From Candidatus Nanopelagicaceae bacterium (GTDB taxonomy: Bacteria > Actinomycetota > Actinomycetes > Nanopelagicales > Nanopelagicaceae): DNA of 64,000 nt. Below the pieces are notes generated by a model, which saw only the letters and a list, made by a program, of their open reading frames with translations, made no database searches and was not told the DNA's origin. The stretch spans positions 5,800 to 69,799 of the forward strand of contig JBJTHJ010000027.1 of NCBI GenBank assembly GCA_046094385.1. Direction: 5' to 3'. A program made the position numbers and the translations under genes. Positions 29,586-39,007 of this stretch are shown here, piece after piece. Position 1 is the first letter of the stretch. Each line of letters opens with the position of its first letter.

Positions 29586-30365
29586 CTATTCTTTGGATTT
29601 TCGGCCTTCTTTTTTGATTCTTTTGAAATTTCCGGTCCTAGGTAGATCGGTCTTTCGAATATCAAGGATCGCATCCGGTGGGCTCTGCTCTCTTAGGTTA
29701 GCCACCATCAAAGTTAGCTCCTTCATGATGTGCGCCGTTGCCTCTTCCATGGCAGCTGGATCATCTACCTTTCCCTGCCACTTAGAGATATCAACTGGAT
29801 CGCCAACTTTCATGGTCACCAATTTCCTAGGAAAGAGCTTTAACGTCTTTGAATATGGCGGCCAAATTAAATGATCTCCCCATTGTGCAACTGGAACTAG
29901 AGGCGCATTGGCCGAAAGCGCTAAACGCACTGCGCCAGTTTTCCCAGTCATCGGCCAAAGTTGCGGATCACGCGTCAAAGTTCCTTCAGGATAGATACCA
30001 ATCGCATGACCCATATCCAAAGCAGCGATAGCTTCAGCCAAAGCAACCGCGGCGCTATCGCTCTGTCGCTTAACCGGAATTTGCTCAGCTTTTCGCAATA
30101 CCCAACCAATTACCGGCAATTTAAAGACCGCTTCTTTGCCGATGAATCTCACGGCACGGCCATTCTTGTAAAGCAGATGTGCAAGTACTAGCGCATCCAG
30201 ATATGAGACATGGTTGCTATAAAAAACTACAGCTCCGCTCTTTGGAATCTTATTTGTATCTTGCCAATTCCGTTTGGTGATCGCATTCATGATGGGAATC
30301 ATGATCTTGGTGCCGATTTTGTATCCAAGGTTATTTCCAAGGGGATTACCTCTTGGCGGCCTCAT
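29586..30365 (-). CDS. 1-acyl-sn-glycerol-3-phosphate acyltransferase family protein
   Basis: NHVSYLD (HX4D) and IYPEGT acyltransferase motifs. Confidence 0.8.
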   Translation of the reverse strand: MRPPRGNPLGNNLGYKIGTKIMIPIMNAITKRNWQDTNKIPKSGAVVFYSNHVSYLDALVLAHLLYKNGRAVRFIGKEAVFKLPVIGWVLRKAEQIPVKRQSDSAAVALAEAIAALDMGHAIGIYPEGTLTRDPQLWPMTGKTGAVRLALSANAPLVPVAQWGDHLIWPPYSKTLKLFPRKLVTMKVGDPVDISKWQGKVDDPAAMEEATAHIMKELTLMVANLREQSPPDAILDIRKTDLPRTGNFKRIKKEGRKSKE

Positions 30366-30383
30366 GGTGATAAGTCTATTTAT

Positions 30384-30423
30384 GAAAAATTAAAGGGCTA
30401 CCTGATTGCCAGGTAGCCCTTTA
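30384..30423 (-). terminator. Rho-independent terminator downstream of hupB
   Basis: Perfect 13-bp stem TAAAGGGCTACCT (30391-30403) pairs with AGGTAGCCCTTTA (30411-30423), with a 7-nt loop. On the minus strand it is followed by ATTTTTC. Confidence 0.8.
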
Positions 30424-30434
30424 ATTTATTTGAA

Positions 30435-30863
30435 TTACTTGCGCTTCTTGCCCTTTGCAGCCTTCTTAGCGGCCTTCTTAGGAGCAGACTTCTTAGCGGC
30501 CTTCTTGGCGGCCTTCTTAGGAGCAGCCTTCTTCGCAGCCTTTGGAGCTGGCGCTGCAGCTGGCTTTGGAGCTGGACCTAGCTTGCGATCGCCTGAGATA
30601 ACTTCTTTAAGCGCCTTCGCAGGGAGGAAGCGTGGCTTCTTGCTTGCCTTAATCTGAATGGTCTCGCCGGTGAAAGGGTTACGGCCCTTACGTGCCTTGC
30701 GATCTACCTTCTTAAACTTTCCGAAATCGTTGATTGTTACATCTTCACCCTTTTGGATGTTGCGAGTAATTGAATCAAATACGACATCTACAGCGTAAGC
30801 TGCTTCTTTCTTGCTGCCGTTGAAAAATGGAGCCAACGACGCAATGAATTGGGTCTTATTCAT
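30435..30863 (-). CDS. hupB: nucleoid-associated HU protein with Lys/Ala/Pro-rich C-terminal tail (HupB/MDP1-HupS type)
   Basis: HU core (MNKTQFIASLA...GRNPFTGETIQIKA) followed by a roughly 48 aa tail PKPAAAPAPKAAKKAAPKKAAKKAAKKSAPKKAAKKAAKGKKRK. Confidence 0.9.
   Translation of the reverse strand: MNKTQFIASLAPFFNGSKKEAAYAVDVVFDSITRNIQKGEDVTINDFGKFKKVDRKARKGRNPFTGETIQIKASKKPRFLPAKALKEVISGDRKLGPAPKPAAAPAPKAAKKAAPKKAAKKAAKKSAPKKAAKKAAKGKKRK
30438..30590 (-). repeat. degenerate tandem AAKK/PKKAA-coding low-complexity repeats inside hupB
   Basis: Reiterated gccttcttagcggccttctt(a/g)g units are visible on the plus strand. Confidence 0.8.
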
Positions 30864-31021
30864 TTACTTTCCTCTTGTTTACGCGTAAATATGATGCGTT
30901 CGCATCAAGTAGTTAAAACCTACGCCGATAAAATCCCTATATTTCGCTTATTTGCAGCGTGTCGCGAAGAATTTTTTATTGGGAAGTCGCGAAAAACCCA
31001 ATATTTATTCGTAAAAACAGG

Positions 31022-31048
31022 GAAAAAAGTCTCAACTATCAGTCGAGA
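31022..31048 (-). terminator. Rho-independent terminator downstream of leuD
   Basis: On the minus strand, TCTCGAC-TGATA-GTTGAGA forms a 7-bp stem with one G.U pair, followed by CTTTTTTCC. Confidence 0.65.
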
Positions 31049-31060
31049 GTTTTAAGCAAA

Positions 31061-31657
31061 TTACTTAACTGGCAGCGTTTTAGGCTTAAAAGTCGGGCGT
31101 TTGGCCTCAAATTTTGCGATCTCATCTAGATGTTGCATCGTCAAACCGATGTCATCTAAGCCCTCCATCAATCTCCAGCGTGTGTAATCATCAATTTCAA
31201 AACCAACTTGATGGCCGGCGTAAGAAACGCTCCTCGCTTCTAGATCCACGGTCACTGGGGTCGATGGTTCGCGCTCAATTTGCTCCCATAACTTCTCGAC
31301 CTCGCTCTGCGGCAAGATCACAGTTAGCAATCCACCTTTGGCAGAGTTTCCACGGAAGATATCGGCGAATCTCGATGAAATTACCACCTTAAATCCATAA
31401 TTTTTTAAGGCCCAAACTGCATGTTCACGAGAAGATCCGGTGCCAAAATCAACACCTGCGACCAGAATCGTTCCATTCTTAAACTCTGGTCTATTTAAAA
31501 CAAACTCGGGATCGTTTCGCCATGCTGCAAATAGACCATCTTCAAAACCTGAGCGAGTCACTCGCTTTAAATAGACAGCTGGGATGATCTGATCGGTATC
31601 GACATTTGAACGGCGAAGAGGAACTGCGCTTCCGGTATGAGTTAGAAATTTCTCCAT
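31061..31657 (-). CDS. leuD: 3-isopropylmalate dehydratase small subunit
   Basis: 198 aa. [29 protein letters not shown]. Confidence 0.95.
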   Translation of the reverse strand: MEKFLTHTGSAVPLRRSNVDTDQIIPAVYLKRVTRSGFEDGLFAAWRNDPEFVLNRPEFKNGTILVAGVDFGTGSSREHAVWALKNYGFKVVISSRFADIFRGNSAKGGLLTVILPQSEVEKLWEQIEREPSTPVTVDLEARSVSYAGHQVGFEIDDYTRWRLMEGLDDIGLTMQHLDEIAKFEAKRPTFKPKTLPVK

Positions 31658-31671
31658 TTTTTTATAGCTCC

Positions 31672-33063
31672 TTATAGATCCGCCGGCGATGCCAACGTTC
31701 CCTTTAGTGCAGTCGCAGCAGCCACCAGCGGAGAGGCTAAGTGCGTGCGGCCACCTTTGCCTTGACGACCCTCAAAGTTTCTATTTGATGTCGAGACACT
31801 GCGCTCACCTGGTTTCAATTGATCTGGATTCATTCCTAAACACATCGAGCAGCCAGCGCTACGCCACTCTGCTCCGGCATCTAAAAATACTTTATCCAAA
31901 CCTTCTGACTCTGCTTGCAAACGAACTCGCGCCGAGCCAGGTACTACCAGCATTCGAAGTGAGTTTGAGATCTTCTTTCCCTTCAAAATAGCGGCCGCAG
32001 CGCGCAAATCTTCAATGCGCCCGTTGGTGCAGGAGCCTAGAAAGACGGTATCTACCTTGATTTCTTTCATAGGAGTGCCAGCTTGAAGACCCATATATTC
32101 AAGCGCACGCTCTGCCGCGCCACGCTCTTCGGCATCTTTCATCTCTGCTGGATTTGGCACGGCCGCATTTAGCGGCACACCTTGACCTGGATTGGTTCCC
32201 CAAGTAACAAATGGCGATAGTTCATCTGCATTTAAAGTGACTTCTGCATCAAATTTGGCATCCTCATCTGTGTAAAGAGTTGACCAATAGGCAAGCGCTT
32301 CATCCCATTCTGTCGGCGCATGTGGCTTACCTTTGATGTAATCAAATGTGGTCTGATCGGGTGCGATTAAACCTGCACGAGCGCCTGCTTCAATGGACAT
32401 ATTGCAGATGGTCATGCGCGCTTCCATCGATAGCTTACGTATCGCTGCTCCGCGATATTCAAGAACATAGCCCTGGCCACCACCAGTTGAGATCTTTGCG
32501 ATCACTGCCAAAATTATGTCTTTGGCGGTAACGCCCTCTTTCAAATTTCCTTCTACATTGATAGCCATAGTCTTGAAAGGTTTCAAGGGCAGAGTCTGGG
32601 TAGCTAATACATGCTCGACCTCTGAGGTGCCGATTCCAAATGCGAGCGCACCAAATGCGCCATGTGTTGAGGTATGTGAATCTCCACAGACGATAGTCAT
32701 ACCAGGCTGAGTCAGCCCAAGTTGTGGTCCAACCACATGCACGATTCCCTGTTCGATATCGCCAAGTGAGTGAATTCGAATTCCGAACTCTTGGCAGTTC
32801 TTTCGTAAGGTATCTACTTGTAATTTTGAAACGGGATCGGCGATTGGCTTATCGATATCAAGCGTTGGCACATTGTGATCTTCTGTAGCCAAAGTTAAGT
32901 CTGGGCGATGTACTTGACGACCTGAAAGTCGTAGTCCATCAAAAGCTTGCGGACTTGTTACTTCATGGATCAAATGCAGATCGATAAAGAGCAGATCTGG
33001 TTCGCCCGCTTTTTGGCGAACGATGTGATCGTCCCAAATCTTCTCTGCTAAAGTCTTGCCCAT
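31672..33063 (-). CDS. leuC: 3-isopropylmalate dehydratase large subunit
   Basis: [13 protein letters not shown] canonical N-terminus, so I use the ATG at 33063 (track start 33105). Fe-S ligand motifs [13 protein letters not shown] and [11 protein letters not shown]. Confidence 0.95.
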   Translation of the reverse strand: MGKTLAEKIWDDHIVRQKAGEPDLLFIDLHLIHEVTSPQAFDGLRLSGRQVHRPDLTLATEDHNVPTLDIDKPIADPVSKLQVDTLRKNCQEFGIRIHSLGDIEQGIVHVVGPQLGLTQPGMTIVCGDSHTSTHGAFGALAFGIGTSEVEHVLATQTLPLKPFKTMAINVEGNLKEGVTAKDIILAVIAKISTGGGQGYVLEYRGAAIRKLSMEARMTICNMSIEAGARAGLIAPDQTTFDYIKGKPHAPTEWDEALAYWSTLYTDEDAKFDAEVTLNADELSPFVTWGTNPGQGVPLNAAVPNPAEMKDAEERGAAERALEYMGLQAGTPMKEIKVDTVFLGSCTNGRIEDLRAAAAILKGKKISNSLRMLVVPGSARVRLQAESEGLDKVFLDAGAEWRSAGCSMCLGMNPDQLKPGERSVSTSNRNFEGRQGKGGRTHLASPLVAAATALKGTLASPADL

Positions 33064-33083
33064 TTTCTCTTTAAGCCTCTCTC

Positions 33084-33123
33084 GCAAATTATTTGCTATC
33101 CACATTTTGAGATGCTAATCTCA
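33084..33123. promoter_or_regulatory. two palindromes in the leuC / IclR-regulator divergent region (candidate operators)
   Basis: GCAAATTATTTGC (33084-33096) is a perfect 13-nt palindrome. TGAGATgctaATCTCA (33108-33123) has 6-bp arms. Confidence 0.4.
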
Positions 33124-33127
33124 TGCC

Positions 33128-33850
33128 GTGGACAGAAAGAATAGCGGAGTTGGCGTTCTAGATAAAGCCGTAAGCATTCTCGCTGCCTTAGAGAGCGGTC
33201 CACACTCACTCGCTGAATTAGTTGCGGTAACCGGAATTGCACGACCTACCGCACATCGCTTGGCGGTAGCCCTAGAACATCACCGCTTGGTAACTAGAGA
33301 TCTAACTGGTCGCTTTATCCTCGGTAAGAGAAATGGTGAATTGGCAGCGGCAGCTGGTGAAGATCGCCTCCTTGCCGCTAGCGCTCCAGCACTTGCTGCA
33401 CTTCGTGATGCTACCGGTGAGAGCGCTCAACTCTATAAGCGCCAAGGCGATCAAAGAGTCTGTGTGGCAGTTGCAGAACGGTTAACGGGTTTAAGAGATT
33501 CTGTGCCAGTTGGAGCAGCACTTACGATGCAGGCAGGATCGGCAGCTCAAGTTCTTCTCGCTTGGGAAGATTCAGAGAAGATCCATCGCGCACTTGGCAA
33601 AGCGCGTTTTACCGCAGCGCATTTGGCAGCAGTCAGACGCCGTGGATGGGCGCAATCAGTTGGCGAGCGTGAAGCAGGAGTAGCTTCGGTATCGGCCCCA
33701 GTTCGCGGACCAAACAATAAAGTAATTGCAGCAGTTGGAATCAGTGGACCGATTGAGAGATTGGGTCGCCAACCAGGACGTTTACATGCTGCTGCAGTTG
33801 TAGCCACCGCCGCAAAATTATCTGAGTATTTAGTTAAAAATTCGAATTAA
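33128..33850 (+). CDS. IclR-family transcriptional regulator (LtbR-like, divergent from leuCD)
   Basis: N-terminal wHTH (LDKAVSILAALESGPHSLAELVAVTGIARPTAHRL) plus an IclR effector domain. GTG start. Conserved position next to leuC in Actinobacteria. Confidence 0.85.
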   Translation: MDRKNSGVGVLDKAVSILAALESGPHSLAELVAVTGIARPTAHRLAVALEHHRLVTRDLTGRFILGKRNGELAAAAGEDRLLAASAPALAALRDATGESAQLYKRQGDQRVCVAVAERLTGLRDSVPVGAALTMQAGSAAQVLLAWEDSEKIHRALGKARFTAAHLAAVRRRGWAQSVGEREAGVASVSAPVRGPNNKVIAAVGISGPIERLGRQPGRLHAAAVVATAAKLSEYLVKNSN

Positions 33851-33855
33851 AGTAA

Positions 33856-34809
33856 TTAATATCTATGTGGATGTTCGCTAGAAATCGTCCTAATTGTATG
33901 GGATTTAGCTCGCATTACGAGTGATTGCGAAGTCATACACTTTTCTGTAAATCTAACTCCATCCAATAATTCTCCATCGGTAATACCAGTAGCTGCAAAG
34001 AAGATATCCTCTCCTTTTACTAAGTCTTTTGAAGTAAAGACTTGAGAAAGATCTAGTTTGGCTTCCTGAGCCATCTCACGCTCAGACTCAGATTGTGGAG
34101 CAAATTGGCCTAGTATCTCTCCACCTAAACAACGCATTGCACAAGCGGCGATAACGCCTTCAGGGGTGCCACCGATTCCCATCAATAAATCTGCACCAGT
34201 ATTTGGTCTAGCTGCCAAAACTGCACCTGCAACATCACCATCGGTTATAAATTTAATTCTCGCTCCAGTTGCACGTATCTCGTCAGCCAATTGATTATGT
34301 CTAGGGCGGTCTAAAAGCACTACCGTAATGTCATAAATTGGAACTCTCTTGGCCTTTGCGACTTTTTCGATGTTCACTGAGACTGGAGCAGTTATATCTA
34401 TGACTCCAGCTGCCTCGGGTCCAGATGCAATCTTGTTCATATAAAATGCACCTGAGACATCAAACATGGCTCCACGATCTGCTAACGCGATAACCGAAAT
34501 TGCATTGTTCAAACCTTTAGCAGTCAATGTAGTGCCATCTATTGGGTCTACGGCAACATCACAATTCATACCGGTGCCATTTCCAACTAATTCTCCGTTG
34601 TAAAGCATCGGTGCAGAATCTTTCTCGCCTTCACCAATTACTACGACGCCTCTCATGTCAACCGTTGAGATCATTTGGCGCATAGCATCTACTGCTGCTT
34701 GATCAGCATCATCTTTTGCTCCACGACCTACCCAACGAGAAGCTGCAATTGCAGCCGTTTCGGTAACGCGAACTAATTCCAGCGCTAAATTTCTGGAGTT
34801 AATTTCCAT
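33856..34809 (-). CDS. glpX: class II fructose-1,6-bisphosphatase
   Basis: 317 aa. [19 protein letters not shown]..., [12 protein letters not shown] and DPIDGTT are GlpX-type motifs. Confidence 0.9.
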   Translation of the reverse strand: MEINSRNLALELVRVTETAAIAASRWVGRGAKDDADQAAVDAMRQMISTVDMRGVVVIGEGEKDSAPMLYNGELVGNGTGMNCDVAVDPIDGTTLTAKGLNNAISVIALADRGAMFDVSGAFYMNKIASGPEAAGVIDITAPVSVNIEKVAKAKRVPIYDITVVLLDRPRHNQLADEIRATGARIKFITDGDVAGAVLAARPNTGADLLMGIGGTPEGVIAACAMRCLGGEILGQFAPQSESEREMAQEAKLDLSQVFTSKDLVKGEDIFFAATGITDGELLDGVRFTEKCMTSQSLVMRAKSHTIRTISSEHPHRY

Positions 34810-34819
34810 TAGACAACAG

Positions 34820-34892
34820 TAGCCCCGAAGGGATTCGAACCCTCGTAGCTGGCTTGAGAAGCCAGAGTCCTAGGCCGCTAGACGACGGGGCC
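34820..34892 (-). tRNA. tRNA-Glu (anticodon CUC)
   Basis: Hand-folded 73-nt cloverleaf: acceptor GGCCCCG/CGGGGCT, D-arm GTCT..GGAC, anticodon stem CTGGC/GCCAG with loop TTCTCAA, T-arm GAGGG-TTCGAAT-CCCTT. No encoded CCA. Confidence 0.9.
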
Positions 34893-34930
34893 CTAGAGTT
34901 TTAGTTTTCAATATTTAGTTATCTACTGCG

Positions 34931-35002
34931 CTGGGGTACCAGGACTCGAACCTAGACTTACTGAACCAGAATCAGCAGGGCTGCCAATTACCCCATACCC
35001 CA
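34931..35002 (-). tRNA. tRNA-Gln (anticodon CUG)
   Basis: Hand-folded 72-nt cloverleaf: acceptor TGGGGTA/TACCCCA (U1-A72, typical of Gln), anticodon stem GCTGA/TCAGT with loop TTCTGGT, T-arm CTAGG-TTCGAGT-CCTGG. No encoded CCA. Confidence 0.9.
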
Positions 35003-35044
35003 AAGAAGTTTTTTAGTGCCGTCGTAGTTTACCTTCCGTTTAGA

Positions 35045-36514
35045 TCAAAGACTAATCGCATCGCTAATGCGCGTAAGTGAGGCATCTTTGCCAAGCAACT
35101 CAAGTGATTCAAAGAGAGGTGGTGAAATATGGCTTCCGGTCGCTGCAATACGCACTGCGCCAAAAGCAATTCTCGGCTTTAGCCCTAACTCCTCAATCAA
35201 AGCAGTTCTAAGCGCATTTTCGATGTTTTCATGGCTCCAAACTTCGAGCGGCTGTAGAACTTCAAGTGCGCGCTTTAAGACAGACTTGCTCTGTTCATCT
35301 TTGATCTTCTCTTTCGAGTCAGCTTCAATATCTAATTTATCTACAAAGAGAAACTTCAGCATCGCAGGGATTTCGCTTAGCTTAACGATGCGCTCTTGGA
35401 TTATTGGCAACGCTTGCATTACGACTGCAATTTCAGCGTCACTTCCATTGATTACTCCAGAATCCTTCAAGAATGGCAACGCCCAACTTAGAAAAGCATC
35501 TGGAGTCAAAGCTCGTATTTTGTCGCCGTTTATCGCTTCTAACTTCTTCATATCAAAACGGGCTGGAGATGAATGCACATCATGAACTTCAAAGAGTTGA
35601 ACCAGTTCTTGCATCGTTATATCTTCGCGATCTTCTCCTGGTGACCAACCAAGTAGCGCTAAGTAATTACAGATAGCTTCTGGCAAAAAACCTTGTTCGC
35701 GATACCAAGCGATTGAAACTTCGCCATTTCGTTTTGATAGTTTGGCATTATCTTGCCCCATCACAAATGGTAGGTGTGCAAAGGTTGGATATTGATCCGG
35801 CGTTAAGCCCATCGCTTTATAAACTTGAATTTGCCGAGGGGTTGAAGAGAGCAAATCTTCCCCGCGAAGCACATGGGTGACTTTCATCAAGACATCATCG
35901 ACTGCTACCGCTAATGTATAAAGCGGAGAGCCATCTGCTCTCATCAGAACAAAGTCGGGTACGTATTTATGATCAAAGGAGACCTCTCCGCGAATTTCAT
36001 CAACAAATGTGGTGCTGCCATCATCCATGCGCATACGAAGAACTGGCTTTCGCCCTTCACTTTGAAATTTGGCAACTTGATCAGCAGTTAGATCTCGACA
36101 AGTTCCGCCATATCCAGGTGCCACATTTGCCGCTCGTTGGCGTTCACGCTCTGCTTCTAAGTCTTCAGCGCTGCAATAGCAATGGTATGCGGCGCCACTT
36201 ACCAAGAATTTATCGGCCCACTCTTTATAGATATCTAATCTCTGAGATTGCAAATATGGGCCATTGGGACCGCCAACTTCAGGTCCTTCATCCCAATTTA
36301 ACCCCAACCACTTCAAGGTATCGATTGCACGTTGAATATATTCATCAGTAACGCGTTCTTTGTCAGTATCTTCAATGCGAAAGATGAAGGTTCCACCGGT
36401 GTGGCGAGCAAAGGCCCAGTCAAATAGCGCCGTGCGAATATTGCCGACATGCAGATCTCCGGTTGGAGATGGTGCGAATCGGACGCGAATTTCTTTACCT
36501 ATTTTGTTAGCCAC
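35045..36514 (-). CDS. gltX: glutamate--tRNA ligase
   Basis: HIGH-type motif PSPTGDLHVGNIRTA and KMSKS-type motif KLSKRNG. 489 aa. tRNA-Gln and tRNA-Glu lie immediately downstream. Confidence 0.95.
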   Translation of the reverse strand: MANKIGKEIRVRFAPSPTGDLHVGNIRTALFDWAFARHTGGTFIFRIEDTDKERVTDEYIQRAIDTLKWLGLNWDEGPEVGGPNGPYLQSQRLDIYKEWADKFLVSGAAYHCYCSAEDLEAERERQRAANVAPGYGGTCRDLTADQVAKFQSEGRKPVLRMRMDDGSTTFVDEIRGEVSFDHKYVPDFVLMRADGSPLYTLAVAVDDVLMKVTHVLRGEDLLSSTPRQIQVYKAMGLTPDQYPTFAHLPFVMGQDNAKLSKRNGEVSIAWYREQGFLPEAICNYLALLGWSPGEDREDITMQELVQLFEVHDVHSSPARFDMKKLEAINGDKIRALTPDAFLSWALPFLKDSGVINGSDAEIAVVMQALPIIQERIVKLSEIPAMLKFLFVDKLDIEADSKEKIKDEQSKSVLKRALEVLQPLEVWSHENIENALRTALIEELGLKPRIAFGAVRIAATGSHISPPLFESLELLGKDASLTRISDAISL

Positions 36515-37310
36515 GGGCGCTGAGTTTATTGGTTAGCTCACCGAGACCTGAAATCGCACAAGTTACGGTGCCATGCTCTGGGATTGGGCCGATTCCAGCT
36601 GGCGTTCCAGTCAGAATCACATCTCCTGGCAGCAAAGTCATCACTGAGGAGATGAAGTGAATGATCTCTGGCACATCAAACATCATTTGATTCAATGTAG
36701 CACTCTGTTTGACCTCGCCATTTACAGTGCATGTGATCTCTTGTTTACCCGGAATGAAATCCGTATCGATCCAAGGACCAATCGGACAGAATGTGTCAAA
36801 ACCTTTAGCTCTCGTCCACTGACCATCTCTTGATTGCAGATCTCTGGCGGTGACATCATTTGCAATCGTGTAACCAAAGATAACTTCTTTTGCTCGTTCC
36901 TTTGGCACATCTTTGCAAATTCGGCCAATAACTACTGCCAACTCTGCTTCGTGATCAATGCGCTCTGACATCCATGGCCAATTAATCACATCATTTGGAC
37001 CAGCCACAGAGGTATTTGGTTTTAAAAAGATTATCGGCTCAGCGGGAACTTCTCCACCCATCTCCTTGGCATGCTCAGAGTAATTCTTACCAACGCAAAC
37101 CACTTTGCTTCGAGGTAACACTGGTGCTAATAATCTGACATCCTCTAACTTAGTTAATTTTCCATTCTTAGAGATGCCATTGAATATGGGATCACCATTT
37201 ATCAAAGCGATGGTTTGTAAATCATCCTCTAACACTCCAAAAAGTGGATCAGTACCATTTTCGCTAGCAACTTGGCTGCCAGCTTTGGGAGTAAATCTCA
37301 AAATGCGCAT
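36507..37310 (-). CDS. fumarylacetoacetate hydrolase (FAH) family protein
   Basis: 267 aa. The C-terminal pattern HEAELAVVIG...LPGDVILTGTPAGIG is typical of FAH/HpcE-like enzymes. An FAH-family gene occupies the same position next to gltX in mycobacteria (from memory). Confidence 0.8.
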   Translation of the reverse strand: MRILRFTPKAGSQVASENGTDPLFGVLEDDLQTIALINGDPIFNGISKNGKLTKLEDVRLLAPVLPRSKVVCVGKNYSEHAKEMGGEVPAEPIIFLKPNTSVAGPNDVINWPWMSERIDHEAELAVVIGRICKDVPKERAKEVIFGYTIANDVTARDLQSRDGQWTRAKGFDTFCPIGPWIDTDFIPGKQEITCTVNGEVKQSATLNQMMFDVPEIIHFISSVMTLLPGDVILTGTPAGIGPIPEHGTVTCAISGLGELTNKLSARG

Positions 37311-37315
37311 GGGAA

Positions 37316-38578
37316 TTACAACTCTACTTCGCTCTCTTGACGTTCCATGATCATGCTACTTATTCGGCGACGACGACCGATTGGTCGTTCTGCAGTTACT
37401 TTCCAGCCTGCTAAGTTAAAGGTTGAACCTGGAATCGGCACACGACCTAAAACTTTCGCCATCAGACCGCCGATGGTGTCGACATCTTCGATCAACTCTT
37501 GATCTAATTCGACTTCGATCTCTGAAGCCACATCCTCAATATGTACCTTTGCTTGCACTCGCAATTTATCTTCAGATAACCAGACAAATTGCTCCTCTTC
37601 GTCATCGAATTCATCTGCAATCTCTCCGACAATCTCTTCGATGATATCTTCAATGGTGATTAGACCAGCTGTTCCACCATATTCATCCACCACTATCGCT
37701 AAATGGATCTGGTCACGTTGCATATCTTTCAAAAGTTCGGCAGCGCTCTTTATTTCAGGCACAAAAACCACTGGTCGCATCAATTGCTCGACCGTCTCGC
37801 TCTGCTCGGCATCATGATGATCATGTGCGCGCTTTGCCATATCTTTTATATATGCAATTCCAATGATCTGGTCGATGCTATCTCCGACCACTGGAATTCT
37901 TGAATAACCAGATCTAAGCGCTAAGGAGAGCGCTTGACGCAACGTCTTATCTCGCTCGATCCATACCATTTCGGTTCTTGGAACCATTAACTCTCTGACA
38001 AGCGTGTCACCCAGTTCAAAGACCGAGTGAATCATCTCGTGTTCGTCCTCTTCCACCAACCCACGTTCATGTGCTTGATCTACTAGATCACGTAACTCTT
38101 CTTCGTTTGCAAATGGGCCGGATTTATAACCTTTACCAGGAGTGATCGCATTACCGATCGCAATTAACAATCTGGTAATCGGCCCCAAAAATACGGATAA
38201 GGCATAGGCGATTAACGCACCACTTCTTGCCCAACTACCTGGATTCTGTTTTCCAAGGGTCCTTGGGCCAACCCCAACAAATATGTAAGCTACCAAGATC
38301 ATGATGCCCACTGAATAGAAGAGCGCAGTGGTTGGATTGTTGGTCTCTAGGAAATATTTATATAAGAGCGCAGTCGAGAATAATTCAGCACCTTTTCTAA
38401 CCAACAGCACTACATTCAAATAACGTGGGAGATCAAAATGCACTTTACGAACTAATTCACCACCACGCTTATTTGATAGCTCATCGACTACCACGCGAGA
38501 AATGTTGTTAAATGCACTCTCCACACCAGCTAGATATCCGGCTAACACCACTAGCAACACAATTAATAAGAGCGTCAT
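37316..38578 (-). CDS. hemolysin-family / CNNM protein (DUF21-CBS pair-CorC_HlyC)
   Basis: 420 aa. N-terminal TM domain, CBS pair region, C-terminal CorC_HlyC-like domain. Conserved position downstream of ybeY. Confidence 0.8.
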   Translation of the reverse strand: MTLLLIVLLVVLAGYLAGVESAFNNISRVVVDELSNKRGGELVRKVHFDLPRYLNVVLLVRKGAELFSTALLYKYFLETNNPTTALFYSVGIMILVAYIFVGVGPRTLGKQNPGSWARSGALIAYALSVFLGPITRLLIAIGNAITPGKGYKSGPFANEEELRDLVDQAHERGLVEEDEHEMIHSVFELGDTLVRELMVPRTEMVWIERDKTLRQALSLALRSGYSRIPVVGDSIDQIIGIAYIKDMAKRAHDHHDAEQSETVEQLMRPVVFVPEIKSAAELLKDMQRDQIHLAIVVDEYGGTAGLITIEDIIEEIVGEIADEFDDEEEQFVWLSEDKLRVQAKVHIEDVASEIEVELDQELIEDVDTIGGLMAKVLGRVPIPGSTFNLAGWKVTAERPIGRRRRISSMIMERQESEVEL

Positions 38579-39007
38579 TTAGTTGGAACTCCTGACCAAA
38601 TCTTCTTGAAGTGCAAACATCACTCTCTCTTGCTCTGGCTCTTGGTGGTCATAACCCAGCAGATGTAGAAGTCCATGGGCAGCCAGAATCTTCACTTCAT
38701 GCTCAAAGCTATGGCCGGCTCGCTCTGCCTGAGTGCGCGCAACTACCGGAGAGATCACAATATCCCCCAAAATGCCTGGGGCTGGATCATTTGGCTTTAA
38801 CTCATCCATTGGAAAACTCATGACATCTGTAGTTCCTGGTAACTCCATCCATTTTTCATGCAATTGCGCCATCTCCACATCATCTATGAATGCCAGGGTT
38901 AATTCGCAATCGGGATGCAGGCCAAGCTCCTTGATGGAGTGAGTCAGTAATTTATGTACTACGGCTTCCGGGGCCAATTGCCCCGAGCGATTTTCGACTT
39001 CAATCAT
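38579..39007 (-). CDS. ybeY: rRNA maturation endoribonuclease YbeY
   Basis: Zinc-binding motif HGLLHLLGYDH, 142 aa. Confidence 0.95.
   Translation of the reverse strand: MIEVENRSGQLAPEAVVHKLLTHSIKELGLHPDCELTLAFIDDVEMAQLHEKWMELPGTTDVMSFPMDELKPNDPAPGILGDIVISPVVARTQAERAGHSFEHEVKILAAHGLLHLLGYDHQEPEQERVMFALQEDLVRSSN

Noticed and set aside
30406-30657. 83-aa plus-strand ORF with FLAAFLAAFLGA repeats, and the repeat periodicity that might suggest a CRISPR or tandem array.
   Set aside because: It is the antisense reading of the hupB Lys/Ala tail repeats. The units are short, degenerate and contiguous with no unique spacers, so it is not a CRISPR.
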